Assembly: GCA_946965045.2 (NCBI GenBank)
Contig: OX337229.1
Location: forward strand, 496,001-560,000
DNA length: 64,000 nucleotides
Origin: Epithemia pelagica
Lineage: Eukaryota > Protista > Bacillariophyta
Reading direction: 5' to 3'
The position numbers and the translations under genes are program-made. Positions 12,820-22,848 of the stretch are shown here, one piece after another (the stretch's first letter is position 1; every line of letters begins with the position of its first letter). The notes under the pieces are model-generated. The model made no database searches and was not told the DNA's origin. It saw only the letters and a program-made list of their open reading frames with translations.

Positions 12820-15532
12820 ATGCATTCGTGGAGTAACACCACCCGAAAGGGTTGGATCAATCATTTGTGTGTGTGGCTCTGGTTGCTGTCCATTGTTCTT
12901 GTCGCCGAGGCAACCACGACCCTCCTTCGTCGTCCTCAGGATTCGTCCACCCACGACGACACGGAGAAGGACGACGAGGATCCCTCCGCCGACCTGGCCG
13001 TGTCGTTGCAGCGATTCCTAGCGGTGGAGGAGGATGAGGTTGACCCTGTGGTCGTGCAACGATTCGAGGCCGTACCTGCCGGCTTTCGCAAACATCCGTC
13101 GTATTATTCCGAAACCTATTTGCGACGGGCGGCTCGGCCCACGACTCCGGAACAACAAGCCGCCCGGACGGCCCAATGGGGTCAATGGACCTATATCGAC
13201 TCCAAGGCATCCACACGTCCCACGAACGAACTGTACACGCAATATTCGCATCGCGATGTCCCGCGGGCCCGTTTTCCGTCCACAGCATGGCAAACGGACG
13301 TGCAACACTTGTCGCAATTCTTGCCGCAGGCGCTCCAATTGACGGAACGAGCCTTGGAGGCTATTTTGGCCGAATATGGCCGAGGTCCCGAGGACTTGCC
13401 CAATGAGGATTTTGCCACGCGCAGTCGCTTGTTTCAACCCAGTGCCGGGGGTGGAGGAGGAGGAACCATAACCAAAGCCTCCTACGATGGCCTCAAACGC
13501 CGCCTGTTGCATGCCGTCATGACGGAAGATCGATTCACCATTGCCATGGCGGGACATTCGGCGGCGGCCGGTACGAACCACACAAAACCAAACCGTGGTA
13601 CCACACTGGGGTTCTGGTGTTTTCTGACGCTTGCTTTTGGTTTCTGTTTCTTCTCACTCACTCACTCTACTTAGGCCATGGCAATCACTTTCCACAAACC
13701 TACACGATTCAGATGCAACGGATTTTGGAACCCATTTTGGCCCGATTGGGCGTCAAGGTGTCGGCGCGCAATTTTGGCATGGGCGGATTGGGGACCTTGC
13801 ACAATGCCGTGGCGGCCGGTGACTTGTACGGTCACGACGTTGACATTTTACTGTGGGATTCGGGCATGACGGAACGAGAACCAGAAGCGCGCGGGATCTT
13901 GTCCATTCAAGCCTTGGTGGGCATGGACCGGGCCCCCCTCTTGTGGTACGAACGCGATTCCGGCAATGTCTTGGGCCAACTGCAAGAAATCACGGGGGCC
14001 AATACCGCCTTGTATGGCAAAAATTTTGCCAACGTGCTCGGTCCCCCCGTGGAAAATGTCACGCATCTCCAAGACTTGCCCTGGGCCATTCAATACTTGA
14101 AATGTCCCGAAAAAACCATGAAAGACGCCTGTCGTCAAATCCGGTACAATGGAACCTGTTGGATCGATCGGTCCGACTATGTTTGGCACGGCGTCAACTT
14201 GTCCTATACCCCCACAGCCAAACTTCAAGACGTCCCGGGGGGACGAGCCGGATGGCATCCCGGCAATCGAGAACATCAACTGATTGGACGGTCCATGACC
14301 TTTACCATTTTGCTCGCCCTCCGAGACGTCCTACTGTCGTGGAACAACCAGGCACCGCACTACGTCCTGGACGATTCGGAATGGCATGTCACGGCCTTTT
14401 ATAAGGGAATCCAAGACCAGGTGGTGGCCCACCGGGAGGAATGGATGGAGTGGTGTACGAAAAAGGGCATTCCCACCCAGTTTTGTTACTATCCGGCCAA
14501 GGGCCGGACCGAAAATACACCCCGCACCCGACCTTGGGCCACGAGTTTGCGGTCCATTATGGAAGGGAGTGAACACAATCAGGTCTGGTTGGCAAAAAAT
14601 GACTTTGATCCGCCCGATGTCTACAATCCCACCCTCTTTCCTCCGCCCGGTCAAATCGATGTCTTGGCCATTGTCGAAGCCGGTGTTCCCTTTGCCAAAA
14701 ATTTGGCCCGCATCCACGATTCGGCCCAAAATATGCAAGGACGGGTCTTTACGGAACCACACGGCGCGGGGTCCAAGCATCACTCGGGCATTGCCGGAGG
14801 CCGGGGATGGCAATTTCAATCCGAATCCATATCGGCCGGATCCGACAATTGCGATGGAGAACATGACTCGTGGTGTCGTCGAATCGGCGAACAGTGTCCC
14901 TTGTATGGTCACAATGATGGCCGACTGTACGTCGTGGAATAACGGGTGTTGTGGCATGTTGGGTGCATTTGTTTGTATATTTGTTTCCTCAGTCCTTGTA
15001 CGAATACTCACTGTGTTGCATGAATGAATGAATCAACAGGGGTCTCTTTTTCGATGGCTTTTCGGGCTGGATGATTTTCCGCTTGCCGCAGGTAGAACAG
15101 GGTTTGGTCATGATCAAACTGCACAGTTGGGCCTTTTTCCCTCCCCAACTCACTGAGAAATGGTGCAGTGAAAACAATGTCGTGGAATGTACCGGCCGCA
15201 ACTTGATGGCCAATCAGACGCAGCAACAACCACCACAAGACGGTGCGGTCTCCCCATCAGTATCGTCGTCGTCGTCTTTGCGGCGGTTAAAACCAAAAGT
15301 TCCGGAATATTGCGACGAGTTCAAGTTTGAATTTGCCATTGACGGTGTCATTACCAGTTGGAACAAGACGGAATTTCTCCACCATCAGCGTCACGCGCAA
15401 CGGGTCGTGGAATTTTGGCCCTTGTTGCAAGACGATACCTGGGAGGGACCCAAGGATGTCGAACTGGCCATTCGTACGACGGGATGTGGCCGGCAAAAAC
15501 CCTTGGATCTCACCCACATTTACTGGATTTAA
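12820..15532 (+). CDS. Membrane-anchored or secreted hypothetical protein with an SGNH-hydrolase-like region, 3 exons (12820-13570, 13675-14926, 15040-15532)
   Basis: N-terminal hydrophobic segment; IAMAGHSAAAG|HGN, ARNFGMGGLG, WDSGMTE and WHPGNREH motifs. GT-AG introns at 13571-13674 and 14927-15039 restore one frame. Confidence 0.7.
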
Positions 15533-15858
15533 AACAACAAAAAACTGCGTTGCTTTTCTTCTAGTGTGGACTGGATCAAGACAGACTTGTAGTAGTAAAG
15601 ACAGATATGTTTACCATTCCCTTTTTAACACTCTAATGATTCTTTTCTCATGAACTTGGAGCTCCATATGAAACGTTTTTCCATTCAACCCCTCTGGGAG
15701 AATGGAGACAATGAGTATGTCTCTGATTTCTCCATAGGAGAAGTCTGCTTGCTTTCTTGTTCACACGAAACGACCAACGACCCTTTGTGATCCACTGACA
15801 GATGCTGTGCTCCAGCATTCGACGCCATTGCTACCTTATTCCACCTGTTTGGGGGTTA

Positions 15859-16677
15859 CTAGGAGTAATTGATGTAGTTTGGATTCCACGCACGCAATCG
15901 CAACAAGGCCTGCAATACGTACTTGTCTTCCGACAGGTTGTCCTTGGGATCGAGTCCAATCCACTTGTAGTTTTCACTGGTCGCGTCGAGTTGGACGTCC
16001 TTCTTATTGGTCGTATCATTGGTCACTAGTTCCACCAACACAATGGGGTTGACCGTTTGCGTTCCTTGGGTTTCGGTATTGTCCCAATGCGATGTGGGAA
16101 AAAAGGTATTCCAGACTCCCAGGATTTGCACGGGCCGTACATTGGAGAGACCCGTCTCTTGGTGGGCCTTGCGAAGGGCGGCGGCAAAAAAGGTTTCACC
16201 CTTGAGCAATCGACCTCCCGGAAGCCACCACAGACCTTTGGCCGGTTCCGACGATCGTTCCACCAACAAGGCCTGTTTGACACCTTGCGCGTCGGTCCGA
16301 ACCAACAAAATGTCGACGCAACACACGACGGCATGCAACACCATGGGCCCATACAACTCGTTCGGCAAGAATTTGCTCGCCTGGGTGATTTCAGTCAACT
16401 TTTCTACATTACCGTAAAACAAAGATAGATCATTGCCTTCCACCACAGCTCCAGCTATTCAAGAAAGAACTAAACTTGATGAGTTCTGGATCGATTGTTG
16501 TTGTTGTTGTTGCTGTTGGTTTGGGGGGTGGAATGACTCACCATTGTCTCGATCCTGTGGTTTGGAGGTGGATCGAAATATCGTTGTCGCCGCTGCGGCC
16601 AGTCCAACAACGCATCCAGCTCCAAAGGCCAACAAAAGTTGTAGTGGAACAGAAGATGAAGCAGGAGATTGCATCAT
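15859..16677 (-). CDS. Nudix hydrolase (GDP-mannose mannosyl hydrolase-like), 2 exons (16677-16542, 16454-15859)
   Basis: LLVERSSEPAKGLWWLPGGRLLKGETFFAAALRKAHQETG Nudix box. A GTGAGT...AATAG intron at 16541-16455 joins the N-terminal hydrophobic exon in frame. Confidence 0.88.
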
Positions 16678-17203
16678 GGCGTTTCAGGGTGTCGGTCGAC
16701 AAAAGTACGTAGTTACGTTGCATAAATCCAAAAAAAAAAGTTACGTTGCATAAATCCAAGAAAGATCCAAAAGATCCATGAAGCGACCCTAAGGCGACTT
16801 GTCATGGACGAACCTCTATTGGCACGGCATGCGCGCTTGCCATGCGACTGCGTGATCGGAAGTCTTGGAAATTTCGAACGACCATGATGTGATGGCAGCA
16901 ACACCCTCCTACTTTTGTGGCGGAGGGTTTCCAACTCTCTCAAGACTCTTGTGTGATTGAGGCAGGTTGATGGAAAGCGAGGTGGCGTTCACATGGGAAT
17001 CAAGAGTTCGTAGGAACACATTCCATCCATCGAACACCGGCGACAAGCAAACGATCCAGGAACAAGAAAAAAAGTGTCAACAATGCCCAAACCCGCATGT
17101 GTCGTATTATTTGACAAGTGGCAATTTGTTTGAATGGGATCGATCCGAATGGACATAAAATCAAGGATTGGGTGACAAGTTGAACCCCCTCTCTACTATC
17201 ATC

Positions 17204-18211
17204 ATGATGAAGGCTCCTAGTGTTCTCCTGTTGACCACTCTCATCCTGGATCCAACAGCCCATGCCTTTGCACCAGTATCCACGGCTGGCAATCGCCACC
17301 AACTGCCACAAGCTACCGTGGTTCCACAAGCAGTTCCCATGTTCCGACCCGTCGTAATGGCTCCTCGAACCTCCTCGTCGTCCTCGACGACTGTCCTCCA
17401 TGCCAATCTCTTGGATCGCTTTTTTCGGGTCGCCAAATCCAATGTCAATCTCGTTCTGTCCAATCTCGAAGAACCGGAAAAGATCATGGACCAAGCCGTG
17501 GTGGATATGCAAAAGGATATGGTCAAGATTCGTCAAACCTATGCCGAATTGGCCGCGACGCAACGTCGGTTACAGCAACAACAAGATCAACACAAGGCCA
17601 CGGCGCAGGATTGGTACACACGAGCGCAACTGGCCTTGCAACGCAACAAGGACGATTTGGCCCGACAAGCCTTGACGCGCCGTCAAATGGCCCTCGACGA
17701 AGCACAGGCCGTCCAACAAGAGTTGACGGTCAATGGGGCCGCATTGGACAAGCTGTATCAGAGCCTTCAATTGTTGGATCAAAAGATTTTGGATGCCAAG
17801 AGCAAAAAGGGTCAAATGGCGGCTCGGGCTCGGACGGCCAAAACCACCATTCAAGTCAATGACATGTTGAGTGGAGTCACGGGCAAAACGTCCATGGATG
17901 CCTTTGCGAGAATGGAACAAAAAGTCGAAGCCTTGGAGGCGGCGGCCGAAGCTTCGGCCGAAATGGGATCCCTGTCCGCGTCTCTACCGGAAGCCAGTCT
18001 GGAACGGGAATTTTTGCAACTCGAGGCCATGGATTCGGTCGACCAGGAGTTGATGCGGCTTAAGGGCAGCATGGTAGAGGACAACGAAGCAACCAACAAC
18101 AAACCCAAAACACCCATGGCCTTGGAACCAAGCCAAGAAAAACGCATCGAACAAGAACTCCAAGTCCTAAAAGAGAAATCGGTCTCGAACATTCCTGTCC
18201 AATGGGAGTAA
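17204..18211 (+). CDS. VIPP1: Plastid VIPP1/IM30 (PspA family, ESCRT-III-like), intact
   Basis: Signal peptide + AHA-FAP motif; NLLDRFFRVAKSNVNLVLSNLEEPEKIMDQAVVDMQ, MAARARTAKTT, AFARMEQKVEALEA; C-terminal extra helix IEQELQVLKEK. Confidence 0.93.
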   Translation: MMKAPSVLLLTTLILDPTAHAFAPVSTAGNRHQLPQATVVPQAVPMFRPVVMAPRTSSSSSTTVLHANLLDRFFRVAKSNVNLVLSNLEEPEKIMDQAVVDMQKDMVKIRQTYAELAATQRRLQQQQDQHKATAQDWYTRAQLALQRNKDDLARQALTRRQMALDEAQAVQQELTVNGAALDKLYQSLQLLDQKILDAKSKKGQMAARARTAKTTIQVNDMLSGVTGKTSMDAFARMEQKVEALEAAAEASAEMGSLSASLPEASLEREFLQLEAMDSVDQELMRLKGSMVEDNEATNNKPKTPMALEPSQEKRIEQELQVLKEKSVSNIPVQWE

Positions 18212-18575
18212 GTGTAGTGTTCCTTCTTTCTCCTATACTACTTTAGTCCAAAGGGTGAATAATATCGTAGCTTCGAGTTTACATAGTAGTTCTCGGTGAA
18301 TTGAGTCGGCCTTCAAGTCACGAGTCTTTAATCATGACACGACTACATCTCATTGGGTAACATAGGAGGCGGTTAAAGCTCACTCTGCACGCCAAACAAT
18401 GGTCATCGCGGGATCAGATCTCTTTTACTCCCACACTTGTGGCAGAGGACGACGTGTAGAGGCACCCATAATTTCGTAACTCACGGAACGAACAAGAGCT
18501 CTTCTGGACTGTGCAAGGACAATATTCTACTCTAGAGAGTGATCCAACAGAGGACGGGGACGTTGAACCAGGATA

Positions 18576-19955
18576 ATGATGATGATGATGATGAAAGTTT
18601 GGTGGTTTGGTTTCGTTTGGACCACCATCGTTCTCTTGGATGCGACCGTGCACGCCTTTGTACCATCATCGCCCTTGCTAGTACGACGATACGCCACGAA
18701 TACCCCGACAACAACAACGACGGCGCTGTCAGAACAACAACACGCCAATCGTATCGTCGTGGATCCATTGGTTCCTCGCCGTCGTCGTGTGACCAACAAC
18801 AAGAAACCAAAAGATGAACTCGTGGACGTCGACACCACGGTCTTGTTCTTGTTTACCAATCTCGTGCCAACCAGCATAAATCAAACCGTGGAGGAGATGC
18901 AAACCATTGCGACCAAGATGCATCACATTCATATCCGATGGATTGCACAAAAAGGGCTCATTCAACAATTCCAAATGGAAAAACAAGCCGATGCCCAAAC
19001 ATGCCACGACTGCTATGTCCAATGGAGATCCGACCCCTCCTCGGAACGTGGCCTGTTCTGGAAGAGACAACATGAACGTGCTTTGGATCGAGTGCAGGTA
19101 TGGCAGCAAAAACTGGACGCGCATGGCGCTGCCGTCGACAAGCTTGCGCAAAGCCTTCAAGTGTTGGATCAAACGATGGTGATAGCCCAAAGCAAACGGG
19201 ATCAAATGGCGGCTCGAGTTCGAATGGCCCAAGAGACTTTGGAAGAGCATGAGTGTTTTCAACTCGAGGCAGCCCTGAAGAATTCTACAGTGGTGGTGAT
19301 TCCACCACTCCATACCAAGAAGACCACCATCAATGTTCCAACTGGTTCTTGGTCAGCTTCTTTCTCCACAACGACGGCACTACTACTACTACTACATCAA
19401 GCCAACCTCTTGGGTCCATTCTTGGATGTAGCCAAATCTCATGTCCATGTCATGGTATCCAATCGTGCGGAACAACTCATGGATGAGTTCGTCAAGGAGT
19501 TGCAACACGTCAAGGACCAAGTGCTTCTATGGTTTCTGGAATGGCCTGCAACCCTTTGTGTAATGCTGAAAGAAGCGCAAGAACAACACGCGGACAGGGC
19601 CGAGGAATGCTACAAGAATGCCCAATTCATCTTGTCGGCGGAACAATCCATGGACAACAACAACAATACGTCTCTTGCTTCGTTCTGGTTGAAACAAAGT
19701 GAACTTGCGTTGGACAAGGCGATGGCAATCCAAGCACAAATCGACGTGGTGGATGACGCTTCGGACAAGCTGTGTCAAAGCCATGAATGGTTCGATCAAA
19801 CCATCATGACTGCCGCCAGGAACCACAGGGATGAACTGTTCATGAATGCCATTGACCGAATGGAACAAAAACTACAAGCCTTGGAAGCGGCGGCCGATGC
19901 GTACTGGGCCGGAACGGAGAGTTTCGTCCTTCCGGAGAAAAGCCAGTCTATGTAG
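18576..19955 (+). CDS. Tandem double VIPP1-derived protein, copy 1 (plastid-targeted)
   Basis: Signal + VHA-FVP. Module 1: HGAAVDKLAQSLQVLDQ...SKRDQMAARVR...FQLEA. Module 2: HQANLLGPFLDVAKSHVHVMVSN...MEQKLQALEAAA. Both align by eye to the neighbouring VIPP1. Confidence 0.82.
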   Translation: MMMMMMKVWWFGFVWTTIVLLDATVHAFVPSSPLLVRRYATNTPTTTTTALSEQQHANRIVVDPLVPRRRRVTNNKKPKDELVDVDTTVLFLFTNLVPTSINQTVEEMQTIATKMHHIHIRWIAQKGLIQQFQMEKQADAQTCHDCYVQWRSDPSSERGLFWKRQHERALDRVQVWQQKLDAHGAAVDKLAQSLQVLDQTMVIAQSKRDQMAARVRMAQETLEEHECFQLEAALKNSTVVVIPPLHTKKTTINVPTGSWSASFSTTTALLLLLHQANLLGPFLDVAKSHVHVMVSNRAEQLMDEFVKELQHVKDQVLLWFLEWPATLCVMLKEAQEQHADRAEECYKNAQFILSAEQSMDNNNNTSLASFWLKQSELALDKAMAIQAQIDVVDDASDKLCQSHEWFDQTIMTAARNHRDELFMNAIDRMEQKLQALEAAADAYWAGTESFVLPEKSQSM

Positions 19956-20105
19956 GAGTATTTGAACTGTTGCAACTCGAGGCTCCCTGGATTTGGTCCC
20001 TTGCTGTTTTGTAATTTCAATTCGTTGGAGTACCAACCTAGGTAGTAGCCATCTTCTTTTACTATATCTCAAACGGATCGTTTCCCATGCAGACATACTA
20101 GAGGT

Positions 20106-20698
20106 CTACTCTTCATCGGAAGAAGAGCTACTAGTGCTGCTGTCATCCTGGTCATTCGAAATGGGGAGTTCCAACGCATCGTCTTGCAGCAGCAACATGG
20201 TGTTGTCCTGAGGAGCGTCTTTGTTATTGTGTGGTGTAGTAATGGTTTGCGACATGAGATTCTCCGTGGCTTGTGGTTGTTGTATGGGAGACTGGGATCG
20301 CGTTTGAGACAATGCATCTGCTCCACCACCAAAGAGACTCAACAATTCCTCCGTCGATCGTGTCGTGGTGGAATGGGTGGCAGGGACGGGTGCAGCCGAA
20401 ACGGCAAACAAGGACGACGACGACGAAGCTGATGGCGGTGGTTGTGGCGGTTGAGGACTGGTGGTGGTGGTTGCGAACTCTTGAATGGAATGTCGACAGA
20501 TGCGAATGCGAGGGATCTCCACCCTGCTGTGGCACCGTGCCTGGATATTGGGTTGGTGGAGCCGTTGGGCGAGATGCTGCCTCGTATCCTCGGAGGGAGC
20601 AGCAGCAGCAACAACAACATGTCTACCATTGTTCTGGTGGGTGGTGGCGGTTTCCGGATAGGAATTCTTGGGTGGCGGTCCCCTGGAACGAGACGCAC
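20106..20698 (-). pseudogene. 3' fragment (with internal deletions) of the DUF2439 gene at 43068-45143, copy 1
   Basis: SSSSLFAVSAAPVPATHSTTTRSTEELLSLFGGGAD...DDSSTSSSSSDEE* matches the end of 43068-45143. Homology stops at gagacgca (20698). Confidence 0.85.
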
Positions 20699-21646
20699 AG
20701 CCATTGGAAAAGCACTTCAAACTGTTATCCAGGAAATTGGACGTCTTCCAATGAATTTGAACAACTTTGTTGTGGACACTGATTTAGGTGGGGACCGTGC
20801 TGGGTTTCGGTTCTCTCCAAAATGTGACGAAGATGGTTTGGAGTTTCACATTTCGAATCGGTGTACTCCTTGTATTCGAATTCATGCAGTCCCAATTTGA
20901 ACATTCCCCGTGGTAATGTGTTTTTTCTTTTTAAAATCGCAGCGATAAAAAAAGATGGTGAAGCCAGTTCGTTGAAGAATCTTTCACACTTTTCAAACTT
21001 CTTGTAAAATAGGTTTACCCATCGCCTGTCTTTACAAGCAGTGAGGGTTCTATGAGTAGACGCCAACTGCAAACCACTGTCTGTTGTGCTTTCTACATCC
21101 TCTCAGGGCCTCATTGTTGGTTGCCAATTGCTGACCAATGATGCTCTTGGGGAGAACGGGTTGGTACCTTGTTGCTGTCTGTGGTATGTTTAGTTTTGCG
21201 TGGAACGGGGATAACTTTTGACAAACCCAACAACCCAACAACAACCCCCAAGTCTACCTAGAATTGGCGGCATGATCGTTCGTAGCGACACGTGGTATTT
21301 CCAGAGGTGGAGATAGGATGTCCACGTTCAATGGAAACTGCACCGCGCGTCAAATGCCAGCCAGACCATTGTCTGTTCTCTCGGTTCCTGCTGTCTAACG
21401 ACTGCATTTGTCCTCAAGCCTGTGATAACGTGTTCGCTGGGAAATCCGTCAAGGACGCCTCATCTTGGGCTAGGTGATCTATCAGGTAAAACCATTCTGC
21501 AAAATCAACGATTCTGCAAAGTCTCTTGCTATTCTCTTGAGAGAAAGAATCCACAAAGATTTGTTGCAATTCTTGTTTATCTTTTATGGGCGTCGGTGGA
21601 TTGTTGTTCTTGTCGTTGTCAATTGCACAAATTCATTGGTGACAAG

Positions 21647-21738
21647 GGGCAAAACGTCCATGGATGCCTTTGCGAGAATGGAACAAAAAGTCGAAGCCTT
21701 GGAGGCGGCGGCCGAAGCTTCGGCCGAAATGGGATCCC
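21647..21738 (+). pseudogene. VIPP1 3' fragment, left part (interrupted by the copia insertion)
   Basis: Identical to VIPP1 17881-17964 and ends at the TSD atccc. Confidence 0.9.
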
Positions 21739-22453
21739 AGTGAAGACATAGCTATTCTACGACGTCTGTGTCCGATCAACTAGTCCAGCTAGCACACCTA
21801 GTTTATCGTCCAGGTTTGAGACATCTGTTACAAACCGCTGTATGCGACACAAACCTTGACGTGTATCTAAGACTCATTACGTGTACTTAAATAGAAGTAG
21901 GCCGTTGAACGGACAGACGGACCCGTAACAGGAATTTGTGGATAAGCATAACTATGCCCTCTACTATTCGGAAGAGATGTACGCTGGACGAGCTACACTC
22001 GGAAGTAAGAGCTACATAAATCGAGGATCTAGAAAAGAACGTGATCCTCGAGAATAGAACTTGATCTTCATCAACAGGAGATCCAACCCAAGATGGAACA
22101 CATTCCTCTATGGAGTAGAACAAGTTCTATTAGTCCCTAATCGTAACTCCATAGTACTTGTCCACTGAAGTAAGGAATACGTTCCCCATCTACGACTAGA
22201 TTTTGGGGGATGATGGCCGAACGATCCGAGAGGAGCCAAACCATCTCAAGATGAAAAACACAATCTTTAGTTTAATCTCACTTCTTTATAAACATCCAGT
22301 TTGATAATCAAACTTGTTTTGTAACGGAGAAGTCGACCTATTACGCTGATAGAAGGTGAGGGCCCCATCGTCTATTGTGCATATAGGTTGACCTAAAGAA
22401 ACTACTGTATCTAACCCTATCGTCTAGAGTTAGCTTTCTACCCTCCTTTAACT
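21739..22453 (+). repeat. 5' LTR (AGTGAAG...CTTTAACT)
   Basis: Direct repeat of 31401-32115; I noticed only two mismatches, both in the first 25 bp. Confidence 0.97.
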
Positions 22454-22467
22454 GGTTATTGAGCCCA
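22454..22467 (+). promoter_or_regulatory. Primer-binding site GGTTATTGAGCCCA (half-tRNA-iMet type)
   Basis: Directly follows the 5' LTR. It resembles the GGTTATG(G/A)GCCCAG PBS of copia elements primed by the 5' half of initiator tRNA-Met, with one extra T. Confidence 0.75.
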
Positions 22468-22848
22468 AACAGAGGCTGACGAACCCTACGCTTTTATCTG
22501 TCGATCGATCCCAAGGACAAGACATCGAGCCTGTCCCTTCTACTAGCTCTGGTGGATTATTGCGTCTACCCGACCGCTTTGCGCGCTGAAGCTATTTAGC
22601 TTCTCCCTGACTCCAGCTCCAACACGGCTGACGACCAAGACTCCCCAACCTCCTCCAGTGGAGTGGGAAGTTTCGACTTACTATCCTCTCTTGATTCCGA
22701 CGAACAACCCCAGCAAGAAACCACTGTCACTGATACAGGAGTTCCAGGGGCGCGGATTGAAAACAACGAGGAGGACACCAACAACGACCAACAAACCGGT
22801 AGATTGCAAAACTCCGACGGGTTGATTGGTGAGTCAAAACAAACAAGC

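Larger units (their letters stand above)
17881..21647 (+). repeat. Unit 1 of a ~3.77-kb direct tandem duplication (unit 2 = 21647-21738 plus 32116-35798, split by the copia element)
   Basis: Sequence from gggcaaaacgtccatggatg (17881) restarts at 21647 directly after gacaag(g). Unit 2 reads on past gacaagg at ~35798 into unique sequence. Confidence 0.92.

Noticed and set aside
15697-15733. Small hairpin between convergent genes as a terminator
   Set aside because: The stem is short and imperfect, and intrinsic terminators are not expected for Pol II genes.
16447-16541. In-frame TGA between the N-terminal ORF and the Nudix ORF (possible readthrough or selenocysteine)
   Set aside because: A canonical GTGAGT...AATAG intron (16541-16455) removes the stop and keeps the frame.
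17204-18211. Bacterial pspA operon, horizontal transfer or contamination
   Set aside because: The gene has a diatom bipartite plastid signal and the VIPP1 C-terminal helix, and its neighbours contain spliceosomal introns.
20749-21638. 12-bp inverted match (ccaatgaatttg / caaattcattgg) as TIRs of a hidden element
   Set aside because: The match does not extend, there is no TSD, and the boundaries do not fit the duplication breakpoints.
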